Source of the DNA: Spirochaetia bacterium
Lineage (GTDB): Bacteria > Spirochaetota > Spirochaetia > DSM-2461
Assembly: GCA_963666985.2 (NCBI GenBank)
Contig: CAXXIA010000002.1
Location: forward strand, 2,176,001-2,240,000
Length of the DNA: 64,000 bases
Reading direction: 5' to 3'
This document shows, piece by piece, positions 1 to 10,132 of this stretch. Both the position numbers and the translations under genes were made by a program. Each line of letters starts with the position of its first letter. The stretch's first letter is position 1. The notes under the pieces are model-generated. The model worked only from the letters and a program-made list of their open reading frames with translations. It did no database searches and was not told where the DNA came from.

Positions 1-387
1 AACAATCGCGGGCAGGGCCAGGGCAACGCCGATCCAAGTGAGCATGTTCGGGCGTTCTCCCATCAATACGCCGATTAACACCGGAAGCGCGGTGCCGGAC
101 AATGCCGCGGACGGAGAAACAACGGCGGCCAATCCGGTGGCCAATCCCCGGTAGAGAGAACTTAAGCCTGCGGCGCCGCAAAGTCCCGCGACGGCTCCCC
201 ACAGCCATGAGGACGGCGTTAGCTGCGTGCCGCCCAGTAGCGGCGCCGCGATGAGGGCCACAACGATGCCCACGGCCTGTGACCAGGCCACCACCGCCGA
301 TACGGGGCTTCTGCGGCCGGCGATACCGCCGGAAAAATCGGCAATGCCGTAGGAAAGAGCGGAGAGAACGGCGAACAATGTGACCAT
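1..387 (-). CDS. EamA/DMT family membrane transporter (5' part; runs off window edge)
   Basis: Not in ORF track. Manual translation from ATG at 387: MVTLFAVLSALSYGIADFSGGIAGRR...YRGLATGLAAVVSP...GERP, a hydrophobic EamA-like pattern, open to position 1. Confidence 0.8.
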   Translation of the reverse strand, partial: MVTLFAVLSALSYGIADFSGGIAGRRSPVSAVVAWSQAVGIVVALIAAPLLGGTQLTPSSWLWGAVAGLCGAAGLSSLYRGLATGLAAVVSPSAALSGTALPVLIGVLMGERPNMLTWIGVALALPAIV

Positions 388-623
388 GGTGGGTATTTCA
401 CTCCGTTCCGAGGTTTCTTGCAAGGGTTCCGGGATATCATCGCGGAGGGAAATTGAATAATACGGTTTGGGAATGCGAATACCGCCGGGTGATTCCATAA
501 TGACTTTTTCTGGTCAACTCTTTTAGTCTCTGGTATGATTCGCGCATCTCTATGGAGAGTCATTCCGGGTGAACCGTCCGGGGGGGTCTCTTCAGCAGTC
601 TGTTGAAAATAAAAAGGAATCTC

Positions 624-1805
624 ATGCCCGTAGCGAAATCAATTGCCGAAATGATGAAGAACTCCTCGTTTATCCGAAAGATGTTCGAGGAAGGCGCGAA
701 GCTGAAAAGTATCCATGGTCAGGATAAGGTTTGCGATTTTTCCATAGGAAATCCGGACCTGCCTCCTCCCGATGAATTCCGGAAAGTCCTTCTGGAAGAA
801 GCGGCCCGGGACGAAGCGCGAATACACGGCTACATGCCCAATGCCGGATATCCGGCGGTGCGGCGGGCCGTGGCGGAGAGCGTTTCGGCCGACATGGGCG
901 TAACTTTGGATGCCGAACATCTGCTGATGACCTGCGGCGCCGGCGGCGCTTTGAATGTTGCGCTTCGCGCTCTCTGCAATCCCGGCGATGAGGTGATTGC
1001 TTCGGCGCCCTGTTTCGTCGAATACGGTTTCTACTGCAGCAACTACGGAGCTTCCTTGAAGCTCGTACCGGCCAAGGCCGATTTTGATTTGGATCCGGCG
1101 GCTTTCGCGGACGCCATAACCGAAAAAACCGCCGCGGTGATCATCAATTCACCCCACAACCCAACCGGCCGAATTTATCCGGCCGAAACCCTGGAGGAAC
1201 TCGGGCGGGTTCTGGATAAGGCGAAAGAGCGGACCGGACGGCGGATTTATCTGATCAGCGACGAACCATACCGAAAGATCGCTTACGACGGGATTACCGT
1301 GCCGCCGGTGATGAAGGCATATGCGCACAGTCTGGTGGCCACCAGCTACTCGAAGGATCTTTCCCTTCCGGGGGAACGCATCGGATGGCTTGCCGTGAAT
1401 CCCGATGCCGAGGATGCCGATCAAATTGCGGGAGCTCTGACGCTCTGCAACCGCATTCTGGGATATGTGAACGCTCCGGCTTTGATGCAGCGGACCGTGG
1501 CGCGGCTTCAGGATCTTTCGGTGGACATCGGCATCTACCGGGCCAAGCGCGATAAAATCAAACGGATTCTGGATGAGGCCGGATTCGAATATGCTCCGCC
1601 TGAGGGAACGTTCTACTTCTGGGTGAAATCTCCGGCGGCGGATGAAATGGAAGTGGTGAATGCGCTGAAGGAAGAGCTGATCCTGACGGTACCGGGAAGC
1701 GGTTTCGCGGGGCCGGGATGGCTGCGGATCTGCTACTGCGTGGACGATGAGGTGATCGACAGATCCGCGGAAGGATTCAAAGCGGTTCGTCGCCGTTTTA
1801 ACTAA
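624..1805 (+). CDS. PLP-dependent class I/II (aspartate/aromatic-type) aminotransferase
   Basis: NSPHNPTG, DEPY and SYSKDLSLPGERIG (PLP Lys) motifs. ATG at 624 follows AAGGA; track start is 603. Confidence 0.9.
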   Translation: MPVAKSIAEMMKNSSFIRKMFEEGAKLKSIHGQDKVCDFSIGNPDLPPPDEFRKVLLEEAARDEARIHGYMPNAGYPAVRRAVAESVSADMGVTLDAEHLLMTCGAGGALNVALRALCNPGDEVIASAPCFVEYGFYCSNYGASLKLVPAKADFDLDPAAFADAITEKTAAVIINSPHNPTGRIYPAETLEELGRVLDKAKERTGRRIYLISDEPYRKIAYDGITVPPVMKAYAHSLVATSYSKDLSLPGERIGWLAVNPDAEDADQIAGALTLCNRILGYVNAPALMQRTVARLQDLSVDIGIYRAKRDKIKRILDEAGFEYAPPEGTFYFWVKSPAADEMEVVNALKEELILTVPGSGFAGPGWLRICYCVDDEVIDRSAEGFKAVRRRFN

Positions 1806-1816
1806 AGGGGGTTTTC

Positions 1817-2017
1817 ATGTTGGGTTTGGGTGATTTTTCCGTTTTCGCCGCGTACATTCTCTGCATCTTGTCCGCTCTGCTCTGTGTTGTTTACGGCATC
1901 GTGAACTGGAATAAAGGCGGAGAGGTAAGTTCCGAGGTCGCGGCCGAAGAAGTCCGCTGGAACGCCGAAGAAAAGAAAATTGAAGACGAGCTGTCGGGCC
2001 GGGGAGATGCATCATGA
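1817..2017 (+). CDS. Symporter small accessory protein
   Basis: 66 aa with one TM segment (AYILCILSALLCVVYGIVNWN); ATGA overlap with the symporter gene. Confidence 0.8.
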   Translation: MLGLGDFSVFAAYILCILSALLCVVYGIVNWNKGGEVSSEVAAEEVRWNAEEKKIEDELSGRGDAS

Positions 2018-3609
2018 GCTTCGGATTAATTGCCGCCGTCTTTGTTTATTTAGCCGTCATCGCATGGCTCGGCTACCGGGGATACGGACAGACTAAAACC
2101 GCCGGTGACTATCTTTTGGCGGGACGCAACGCCCACCCCTACGTAATGGCTCTTTCCTACGGCGCCACGTTTATTTCCACGTCGGCCATCGTCGGCTTCG
2201 GGGGAACCGCGTCGCTGATGGGTATGAGTCTGCTTTGGCTGGCCTTCCTGAACATCTTTCTCGGAATCTTCATCGCCTTTGTATTCTTCGGAAAGAGGAC
2301 ACGGCGCATCGGTCTGAATCTGGACGCCCATACCTTTCCCGAACTTCTCGGGCGCCGGATGAATTCCCGGTTCATTCAGGTGTTCACCGGATTTATGATT
2401 TTCATCTTCATGCCTTTGTATGCCGCGGCGGTTCTTATTGGCGCGTCCCGGATTATCGAAGTGCTGCTCAATGTTCCTTTCGAAGTTTCGGTGGTGGTGT
2501 TCTCCATCCTCGTTGGTGCCTACGTGATTCTTGGGGGACTCAAGAGCGTTATGTACACTGATGCTCTTCAGGGGACTCTTATGTTCCTGGGGATGATAAC
2601 GCTGCTGTTGGTTACCTATATCAAACTCGGCGGTGTCGTCGAAGCCCATAGGAGCCTTGCTTCTCTTTCCGCCTTTATCCCCGAATCCATGACCAAAGGC
2701 GGTATTTCCTGCTGGACCAAGGGGCCCGCCGGCGGAAGCCCCATGTGGTGGACCATCTATTCTTCTCTGGTTCTGGGAGTCGGGGTGGGAGCTTTGGCTC
2801 AGCCCCAGCTGGCGGTTCGATTCATGACGGTGCAGAGCGATAAGGAACTGAACCGCAGCGTGGCCGTGGGCGGTGTTTTCATTCTGGTCTGCGTGGCTTC
2901 GGTTTACGTTATCGGTCCGCTGACGAACGTTTTCTTCCATGGAACGATCGGAAAAATCGCCATCGCGGCGGCGGAAGGAAACGTGGATCGGGTTATTCCG
3001 CTTTATCTGGATGCGGCCATGCCTTCCTGGTTCTCAATCGTTTTTATTTTGGTCATCCTTTCGGCCGCCATGAGTACCTTGAGCAGCCAGTATCACGCCA
3101 TCGGGACTTCCGTAAGCCGGGACATCATCGAACAGGGATTCCTGAAAGGCCGGGAAACGAAAAGCGGAACCGTCGTAACCATTACCCGGATCGGTGTTTT
3201 AGTGTCTCTTCTTCTTACCGTCCTCTTGGCCATGGAGATGGGCGGAGGCGTGATTGCCCGGGCCACGGCGATTTTCTTCGGACTGATGGCCTCGTGCTTT
3301 CTGGCGCCTTATACGGCGGCTTTGTTTTGGAAGCGATTTACACGGGCGGGCGCGATTGCCGGGATTATTTCCGGATTTACGGTTTCGATATTTTGTTTTC
3401 TTTTCATGCACGGGAAGGAAGCGGCGGTGTTCGGTTTGTGCGAGGCTCTGTGCGGCAGAACAACTCTGTTCGGCGGCATCTGGCCGGTGATTGATCCGAT
3501 GGTGTTTGCCTTCCCGGTATCCATCCTCTTTACGGTGGCGGTGACTCTTCTGACCAAGCCGGAGGTGGATTTGCCGCTGGAAAATGCTTTCGCCGGAGTG
3601 GGACGGTAG
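2014..3609 (+). CDS. Sodium:solute symporter (SSS family)
   Basis: DYLLAGR, SYGATFIS, YTDALQG, SAAMSTLSS motifs; polytopic membrane protein. Confidence 0.92.
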   Translation: MSFGLIAAVFVYLAVIAWLGYRGYGQTKTAGDYLLAGRNAHPYVMALSYGATFISTSAIVGFGGTASLMGMSLLWLAFLNIFLGIFIAFVFFGKRTRRIGLNLDAHTFPELLGRRMNSRFIQVFTGFMIFIFMPLYAAAVLIGASRIIEVLLNVPFEVSVVVFSILVGAYVILGGLKSVMYTDALQGTLMFLGMITLLLVTYIKLGGVVEAHRSLASLSAFIPESMTKGGISCWTKGPAGGSPMWWTIYSSLVLGVGVGALAQPQLAVRFMTVQSDKELNRSVAVGGVFILVCVASVYVIGPLTNVFFHGTIGKIAIAAAEGNVDRVIPLYLDAAMPSWFSIVFILVILSAAMSTLSSQYHAIGTSVSRDIIEQGFLKGRETKSGTVVTITRIGVLVSLLLTVLLAMEMGGGVIARATAIFFGLMASCFLAPYTAALFWKRFTRAGAIAGIISGFTVSIFCFLFMHGKEAAVFGLCEALCGRTTLFGGIWPVIDPMVFAFPVSILFTVAVTLLTKPEVDLPLENAFAGVGR

Positions 3610-3638
3610 GCCGATCGGCGTGTATCCATTTGTTTTTT

Positions 3639-3680
3639 AATCGGCCCTCCCTCCGGAAAATCCGGAGGGAGGGGCCGATT
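3639..3680. terminator. Hairpin between convergent genes, probable bidirectional terminator
   Basis: AATCGGCCCTCCCTCCGGA-AAA-TCCGGAGGGAGGGGCCGATT. Confidence 0.75.
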
Positions 3681-3705
3681 GAGTCCGTGTTCTTTCAACA
3701 GCCTG

Positions 3706-5064
3706 TCAGATAAAAATCAGAGCGAGAATTACAACCACTATCAAGGTTGCGAGACCTTGAATCAGGGTTGCCATTGTGTGGGATTTGTAAGCGGTGGAGA
3801 CATCCATGCCGCTGAATTCGGCCACAACCCAGAAGTAACTGTCGTTGGCATGGGAAACGGTCATGGCTCCGGCGCCTATGGCCATAACGGTGAGGATTTT
3901 GCCGAAAAGAGTCGCCAATCCGAGGGCGGGGAGCAGCGGAGCGATAAGTGCCGAAGTGGTTACCAAAGCCACGGTGGAGGAACCCTGGGCGGACTTAAGA
4001 GCGGCGGCGATAATGAACGGAACCAGAATCCCCAGACTCAGAGTGCTTAGGGAACTTCCCAAATAATCTCCGATGGGTGTTGACTTCAGAACCGTGCCGA
4101 AAGCTCCGCCCGCGCCGGTAATCATTATGATGATCGCCGCATCCATCAGGCCCTTTCCGATCCAGCCGGTGAGAACTTCCTTGTCGAATTTTGGAAAAAG
4201 AAAAGCGGAAAAGAAAAAGCCGATCATGAGTGCATTGATGGGCTTACCCAGGAACGCGAAAAGATTATAGAAGAATCCGTTTCCCCAGGGACGCGTGGGA
4301 AAATTAACGATGGAGCCCAGAGTAATGAGCAGGATGGGCACCACGATGGGAGCGAAGGCTTTCCAGGCGGAGGGAAGTTTTCCGTATTTTGCTTTAACCG
4401 CATCGTAATCCATTTCGATCTTTTCCGTATCCTCGGCGGAAGTGGTTCTTTTGCCGATATAAGCGGCCCAGAAATATCCGGCAAGCATGGTGACGACGGA
4501 GATGCCCAAACCGACGAGAATAACCAATCCGAGCTGATTATCCAAACCCAGATTTCCGGCCGCCGCGATGGGACCCGGAGTAGGCGGAACCAAAGTATGA
4601 GTGGCATAGAGCCCCGTTGCCAGAGCAACCGACATCCAAACACCGGAGACTCCGGACTTCTTCACCAGCGATTTTTTCAGGGATGAGAGGATGACATAAC
4701 CTGAGTCGCAGAATACCGGAATGGAAACGATGTATCCGATGATGCTCATGGCCAGCGCCGGCCGTTTTTTTCCGACAACTTTGAGGATTGTTTCAGCCAT
4801 AACCACCGCGGCTCCGGATTCTTCGAGCACCTTGCCGATGATGGTTCCCAAGATAATAACAATGCCGATGTAAGAAAGAATCCCGCCGAAACCGTTTCGA
4901 ATTGTGGAACCGATGTCCAGCGGATTCATTCCCGATGCGAAAGCGACTCCGTAACTGGCGAGAAGCAGCGCAATGAAGGGGTGAAGTTTCCATCTTGAGG
5001 TGGAAAGTACGATGAAAACGATCGCCAGCAGCAGTATAACCAGAAGCATGGGTCCTTGTACCAT
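3706..5064 (-). CDS. GntP family gluconate/sugar-acid:H+ permease
   Basis: HPFIALL, IPVFCDSG, PPTPGP, AQGSSTVA, SHANDSYFW motifs. Confidence 0.92.
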   Translation of the reverse strand: MVQGPMLLVILLLAIVFIVLSTSRWKLHPFIALLLASYGVAFASGMNPLDIGSTIRNGFGGILSYIGIVIILGTIIGKVLEESGAAVVMAETILKVVGKKRPALAMSIIGYIVSIPVFCDSGYVILSSLKKSLVKKSGVSGVWMSVALATGLYATHTLVPPTPGPIAAAGNLGLDNQLGLVILVGLGISVVTMLAGYFWAAYIGKRTTSAEDTEKIEMDYDAVKAKYGKLPSAWKAFAPIVVPILLITLGSIVNFPTRPWGNGFFYNLFAFLGKPINALMIGFFFSAFLFPKFDKEVLTGWIGKGLMDAAIIIMITGAGGAFGTVLKSTPIGDYLGSSLSTLSLGILVPFIIAAALKSAQGSSTVALVTTSALIAPLLPALGLATLFGKILTVMAIGAGAMTVSHANDSYFWVVAEFSGMDVSTAYKSHTMATLIQGLATLIVVVILALIFI

Positions 5065-5487
5065 AAGACACTCCTTATAAATAGCGGAACCTGAGTTCCG
5101 ACTGATTCCTCACGATATTCGGAGGGTACGGCGGATGGAGAGAACGTTTGTAAATTATATATCTTTTTGGGACGATGTCTGCAAGAAATCCGAAAGCGGC
5201 CGCTATCGGAAGGGCGAAAGTAAGGTTTCCCCGCTTGATTCAAGCGGAACGCGAAGATGCGGACGGCCGTACCGGGAATCGTTTTTTTTCAATTTTTCTC
5301 TGGATGAATTTCATTCCGGCGGAAGCGTCGGCCGCATTCCGGCAAAAAGGAACGAATCGTTATTAAAAACAATACGGTAGGGAATGTCCGAAAAAGCTAC
5401 GTTATTGTTTTTTTTGAAGAGAATACACACGAACATTTTAGGGCCAACTTGTTGCTGTGAAGAAACATAGCGAAATGGATCCGAGAC

Positions 5488-5503
5488 TGGCACATCTTTT
5501 GCT
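5488..5503 (+). promoter_or_regulatory. Sigma54 (-24/-12) promoter of the purine operon
   Basis: TGGCACATCTTTTGCT: GG-N10-GC spacing, close to the TGGCAC-N5-TTGC consensus, 50 bp upstream of the permease ATG. Confidence 0.75.
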
Positions 5504-5552
5504 TTGGAAGTTGACATATATTGACTCAATTTATGTTTCATAAGGAGAAACT

Positions 5553-6887
5553 ATGTCGTCTTTGTCCTCCGTTTTTAAAATTAAGGAGCGGAATTCCTCC
5601 GTCAAAATCGAACTGATCGCAGGTCTGACAACGTTCATGACCATGGTTTATGTTTTGGCCGTACAGCCGGCCGCCATCGTTGGTTTCGGACCCGATCCCG
5701 CGGTGGTGGACATTCACGGAATTTCCATCACCAAGGAAGCGATAATGCTTTCAACGGCTCTTGTCAGTGCCGTCGTGACGATTTTTATGGCATTCTTCAC
5801 TGATCTTCCTTTTGCTCTTTCCTGCGGCATGGGCATGAACTTTATGCTCGGCGGCATGATTCAGGCCAAAGCGCTTTCCTTTGCCGGGGCCATGACGATG
5901 ATTCTTATCGCCGGAATCCTTTTCGTTCTTTTGTCGGTTTTCGGTGTAAGAAGCCTGATTATGAGGATGATTCCCAAAAATATAAAAACATCGGTTGTTG
6001 TTTTGGTCGGATTCTTCATCGCATATCTGGGATTCACCAATTCGGGAATTGTCTCGGCGTCGGCCGGTCTTGCCTTCGGCAATTTGAAAGATCCGGCCGT
6101 ACTCCTGGCTTTGGGATCGCTTCTTCTGATCGCGCTGCTGACGGCCTATAAAGTCAAGGGTGCCGTTCTCATCAGTATCCTCGCCACCACAATCGTCGGG
6201 ATTCCTCTCGGCGTAACACATGTTCCCGAACATCTTTTTCGCCTGCCCTCGTTTCATTCGGTAGAAAATGTTCTCTTTCAATTCAGCTTTAAGGAAGTGC
6301 TTAACTGGACAACGGTTCCCATTATTTTTGTTCTTTTCATCAGTGACTTCTTCTGTTCTCTTTCGGCCTTTCTGGGGATCGGCGCCAAGGCGAATCTGCT
6401 CGACAAGGACGGAAATTTTCCGAATATCGAGCGGCCGTTCCTTGTCGATTCCATAGGAACGGTTTTTGGGGCGCTCTGCGGCAGCACCACGATTACCACG
6501 TATGCCGAGTCGGCGACGGGTGTTGAAGAAGGCGGCCGGACGGGGCTGACGTCTCTTGTTGTCGGTATTTGTTTCCTGCTGACTCTGTTTATGGCGCCGC
6601 TTTTTCTGATGATTCCCAACGCGGCGACCGGTCCGGCCCTTATCTTCGTCGGTCTGATTATGGTTCTGGAAATGGGGCATATGGAATTCACCGACTTTAC
6701 CGAGTTTTTCGGGCCCATCATGATGATTTTCTTCAGCGTTTTCACCGCGAATATCGCCACGGGAATTTCCGCCGGGATTCTGGCCCACATTTTTGTAAAA
6801 GCCGTTACGGGAAAGTTCAAAGAGGTTCATCCGGGTTTGTATATTCTTTCGGTTTTCTTAATCGGCTATTTCATTTTCGCCGTATAA
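5553..6887 (+). CDS. NCS2/AzgA-type purine permease
   Basis: ELIAGLTTFMTM, GMGMN, TTYAESATGVEEGGRTGLT motifs; RBS AAGGAG. Confidence 0.92.
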   Translation: MSSLSSVFKIKERNSSVKIELIAGLTTFMTMVYVLAVQPAAIVGFGPDPAVVDIHGISITKEAIMLSTALVSAVVTIFMAFFTDLPFALSCGMGMNFMLGGMIQAKALSFAGAMTMILIAGILFVLLSVFGVRSLIMRMIPKNIKTSVVVLVGFFIAYLGFTNSGIVSASAGLAFGNLKDPAVLLALGSLLLIALLTAYKVKGAVLISILATTIVGIPLGVTHVPEHLFRLPSFHSVENVLFQFSFKEVLNWTTVPIIFVLFISDFFCSLSAFLGIGAKANLLDKDGNFPNIERPFLVDSIGTVFGALCGSTTITTYAESATGVEEGGRTGLTSLVVGICFLLTLFMAPLFLMIPNAATGPALIFVGLIMVLEMGHMEFTDFTEFFGPIMMIFFSVFTANIATGISAGILAHIFVKAVTGKFKEVHPGLYILSVFLIGYFIFAV

Positions 6888-6900
6888 CGGGGGCGGCGGA

Positions 6901-8673
6901 TTGATGAGCATGATGGATGTAAACCTCATAGATGTTGCTCTGGGGAAGAAACCGGCAAGTCTGGTTATTAAGAACGGGATTCTGATTAACGTTCATACGA
7001 AAGAAACCTACCCCGCCGACGTCGCGATTTTCGGCGACCGCATCGCTACGGTTTCCGATCTTCCCGAAGGGATTGTGGGAAAAGAGACGCGGGTTATCGA
7101 TGCCTGCGGACAGTATCTGGCTCCCGGCTTCATCGATGCGCATATTCATGTGGAAAGCAGCATGCTGACCTATACGGAATTTGTGAAAATGGTTCTTCCC
7201 AGAGGAACCACGGTGGTGGCCACCGACCTTATGGAAGTAACGATCGTTTCGGGAATCGACGGAATGAAGGAGATTCTTAAAGAAGCTTCGACGCTGCCGG
7301 TGTCGCTGTATTATCCGGTTCCCTCGTTTATGGAAGACGAATCGGAGCTGCAGACGACGGGAAGCGTTCTGCGTCCCGAAATGATTGAAGAACTTCTGGA
7401 TTTGCCGGAAGCCGTCGGGTTGGCGGAAGTTCTGGTTCCCCCGATTCTCGCCGGGAGCCCCGTTTCGGCCCATATACTCGAAGAAGCGGCAAAACGCGGT
7501 AAAACCGCGGAAGGTCATGCGCCGGCCCTCGCGAAATCCGCTCTGAACGCGTATGCCTCGGCGGGCATCCGTTCCGATCATGAAGCCGGAACGGCGGCGG
7601 AAGCACTCGGAAAGCTGCGGGCCGGACTGCGGGTTCTTATGCGGGAAGGCGCGGCCGCCGCCGATCTTGACGAATGCCTCAAAATCATTACGGAATGCAG
7701 CGTCGACTCCCGTCACTGCGCCATGATCAGCGACGACATTGATGCGTATTACATTCACAAGAACGGTCATATGGATTACAAGATCCGCAGAGCCGTCGAA
7801 GCCGGAGTGGATCCTCTCACCGCCATTCAGATGGTTACGATCAATCCCGCCGAGAGTTTGAAAATCGATGATTGTCACGGAAGTATTGCTCCGGGAAAAA
7901 TCGCGGATATTGTGTTCTTAACATCTCTTGAATCAATGGAAATCGGTTCGGTCGTCGCCAAAGGGGAACTCGCGGCCGAATCCGGAAAACTTTTAAAATC
8001 CATTCCCTCTCCGGCCTACGGCGCCGTTCTGAAGAATACGGTCAAACTTCATAAAAAGGTGGAGCCGGAAGATCTGCTGATTTCTCTTCCCGGAAAGAAC
8101 AAGGCTCGCGTTCGTGTTATCGGTGCCTCGAAAACATCGTTGTTAACCGAAGCGCTGGAAGCGGAAATGAACGTATCGAACGGATTTCTGCGGCCCGATC
8201 CTTCTCGGGATCTTCTCTCCATTGCCTGTGTGGAACGCTATGGAAAAAGCGGTTCGGTGGGAAAGGCTTTTATCAAGGGATTCGGATTGAAATCGGGAGC
8301 CCTCGCCACATCGGTGGGGCACGATCATCATAACCTGACGGCCGTCGGCGCCGATCCGGGCGATATGGCTTTGGCTTTGAATCGAATCGCGGAAATGGAC
8401 GGAGGGCTCGCCGTCGCCGAAGGCGGAAAAATCATGGCGGAAATACCCCTGCCGATTTGCGGTCTGCTCTCTCCCTCCGGCGGTGAAGAGGTGGCGGAGC
8501 GGCAGGGAAAAATGTATGAAATTCTGCGCCGAATGGGGAACGATATGCCCTCTCCCTTCATGACTCTTTCTTTTATTACTCTGATTTTTATTCCCGCCTA
8601 TGGTATAACGGATCGGGGACTTTTGGATGTTTCCCAATTCACGATAGTCGATCCGGTGATTCATGCCGAATAG
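6901..8673 (+). CDS. ade: Adenine deaminase family protein (paralog 1)
   Basis: PGFIDAHIHVES, EGHAP, SDHE, REG, SDD, GHDHHN motifs. Confidence 0.85.
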   Translation: MMSMMDVNLIDVALGKKPASLVIKNGILINVHTKETYPADVAIFGDRIATVSDLPEGIVGKETRVIDACGQYLAPGFIDAHIHVESSMLTYTEFVKMVLPRGTTVVATDLMEVTIVSGIDGMKEILKEASTLPVSLYYPVPSFMEDESELQTTGSVLRPEMIEELLDLPEAVGLAEVLVPPILAGSPVSAHILEEAAKRGKTAEGHAPALAKSALNAYASAGIRSDHEAGTAAEALGKLRAGLRVLMREGAAAADLDECLKIITECSVDSRHCAMISDDIDAYYIHKNGHMDYKIRRAVEAGVDPLTAIQMVTINPAESLKIDDCHGSIAPGKIADIVFLTSLESMEIGSVVAKGELAAESGKLLKSIPSPAYGAVLKNTVKLHKKVEPEDLLISLPGKNKARVRVIGASKTSLLTEALEAEMNVSNGFLRPDPSRDLLSIACVERYGKSGSVGKAFIKGFGLKSGALATSVGHDHHNLTAVGADPGDMALALNRIAEMDGGLAVAEGGKIMAEIPLPICGLLSPSGGEEVAERQGKMYEILRRMGNDMPSPFMTLSFITLIFIPAYGITDRGLLDVSQFTIVDPVIHAE

Positions 8674-8689
8674 AAAGGATTCTCATTTA

Positions 8690-10048
8690 ATGAAGCAGAT
8701 TTATATTAAGAACGCCTATATCGTTTCCATGAATAACCGCGAAGAGGTTTTTTCTTCCGGAGGACTCCTTATCGAAGATGATAAAATCGCCGCGGTAGGG
8801 AATGTTGATGAACGTTTGATTAATCCGGATGCGGAAATCGTCGACGGCGAAGGTAAAATCGTCCTTCCCGGCTTAATCAATACGCATGTGCATACTTCGC
8901 AGCAGCTGGGGCGGGGACTTGGAGACGATGTTCCGCTGCTGACATGGCTTCATGAGCGCATCTGGCCCTATGAAAGCAATATGAGTGAGGAAGATTCCTA
9001 TGTTTCCACATTACTTTGCTGTTTGGAGCAGATTCGTTCGGGCGTTACCTCTTTCGCGGAGCCCGGCGGTCAGTTCGTTTCGGGAATGGCCCGGGGAGTT
9101 CGCGAGGCCGGGATTCGGGGAAAGCTGGCGAAATCCGTTATGGACTGCGGAGAAGGCCTTCCCGAAATCTGGCGGCGGAGCACGGATGAAGAACTCTCCG
9201 TTCAGGAAGATGATCTGAAGAAATTCCACAATACCGCCGACGGCCGGGTTCAGGTTTGGTTCGGCCTGAGGACGCTGTTCAATAATTCGGACGACCTTAT
9301 CGTTCGAACGAAGGAATTGGCCGACAAGTACGGCGTTGGTGTTCATATGCATGTGGCCGAGGTTAAAGACGAAGTGGAATACGCCGCGGCAAGCCGCGGG
9401 GTGCCCACGGTGACACATCTGAACAACCTCGGTGTTCTGGATAAAAACTTCCTGGCGGTTCATACCGTATGGCTTACGAACGAAGAGGTTGAAATTTTCC
9501 GCGATAAAGGTGTGAAAGTTTCGCATAATCCGGCGGCCGCCATGAGGGTTCTGGGATTTGCCAAGATTCCCCGAATGATTCGGGAAGGTATCTGCGTAAC
9601 CATCGGGACGGACGGAGCGCCGTCCAATAATCGCATGACTCTGATTGACGAAATGTGGCTCACCGCCCTTATTCATAAGGGATGGCGGCTCGATCCCACG
9701 GCCGTGAAGGCCGAAGAAATTCTCCGGATGGTTACGACAAAAGGCGCCGAGGCCCTTTTGGAAGAACGGAACCTTGGTTCCCTGGAGCCCGGAAAGAAAG
9801 CGGATGTGGCCATTATCAATCCGGACAGTCCCGGAATGCTTCCCCTTCACGATCCCATTGCCAATCTGGTTACCTCCATGCATTCCTCAAATGTGGAAAG
9901 CACGATATGCGACGGCCGGTGGATTATGAAGAATCGTGAGATTCTGACTCTTGATGAGAACGCTGTTCTTGAGGAAGCCAAAAAGAGGGCCGCGGTCATT
10001 CGAAAACGGGCCGGAATAGTTCTTCCGGATCGGTTTCCGGTGGTTTAG
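8690..10048 (+). CDS. Amidohydrolase of the MTA/SAH-deaminase/SsnA-like group (purine/nucleoside deaminase)
   Basis: PGLINTHVH, HMHVAE (HxxE), GTDG, GSLEPGKKAD. Likely start MKQIY at 8690; track start is 8663. Confidence 0.85.
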   Translation: MKQIYIKNAYIVSMNNREEVFSSGGLLIEDDKIAAVGNVDERLINPDAEIVDGEGKIVLPGLINTHVHTSQQLGRGLGDDVPLLTWLHERIWPYESNMSEEDSYVSTLLCCLEQIRSGVTSFAEPGGQFVSGMARGVREAGIRGKLAKSVMDCGEGLPEIWRRSTDEELSVQEDDLKKFHNTADGRVQVWFGLRTLFNNSDDLIVRTKELADKYGVGVHMHVAEVKDEVEYAAASRGVPTVTHLNNLGVLDKNFLAVHTVWLTNEEVEIFRDKGVKVSHNPAAAMRVLGFAKIPRMIREGICVTIGTDGAPSNNRMTLIDEMWLTALIHKGWRLDPTAVKAEEILRMVTTKGAEALLEERNLGSLEPGKKADVAIINPDSPGMLPLHDPIANLVTSMHSSNVESTICDGRWIMKNREILTLDENAVLEEAKKRAAVIRKRAGIVLPDRFPVV

Positions 10049-10132
10049 CCTGCCTCCTCGAGGGAAGGCTTTTAACGATTGATCGGCCGAGTGTCGAACA
10101 ATCACAACAACACGATATATGGGGAGACTGAA

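Noticed and set aside
219..563. 114-aa minus-strand ORF in the track
   Set aside because: It overlaps the EamA-like gene (1-387) in a different frame and has no recognisable features.
540..620. T-box or riboswitch leader before the aminotransferase
   Set aside because: Only a loose GGGTGAACCG match; the leader is too short and has no terminator.
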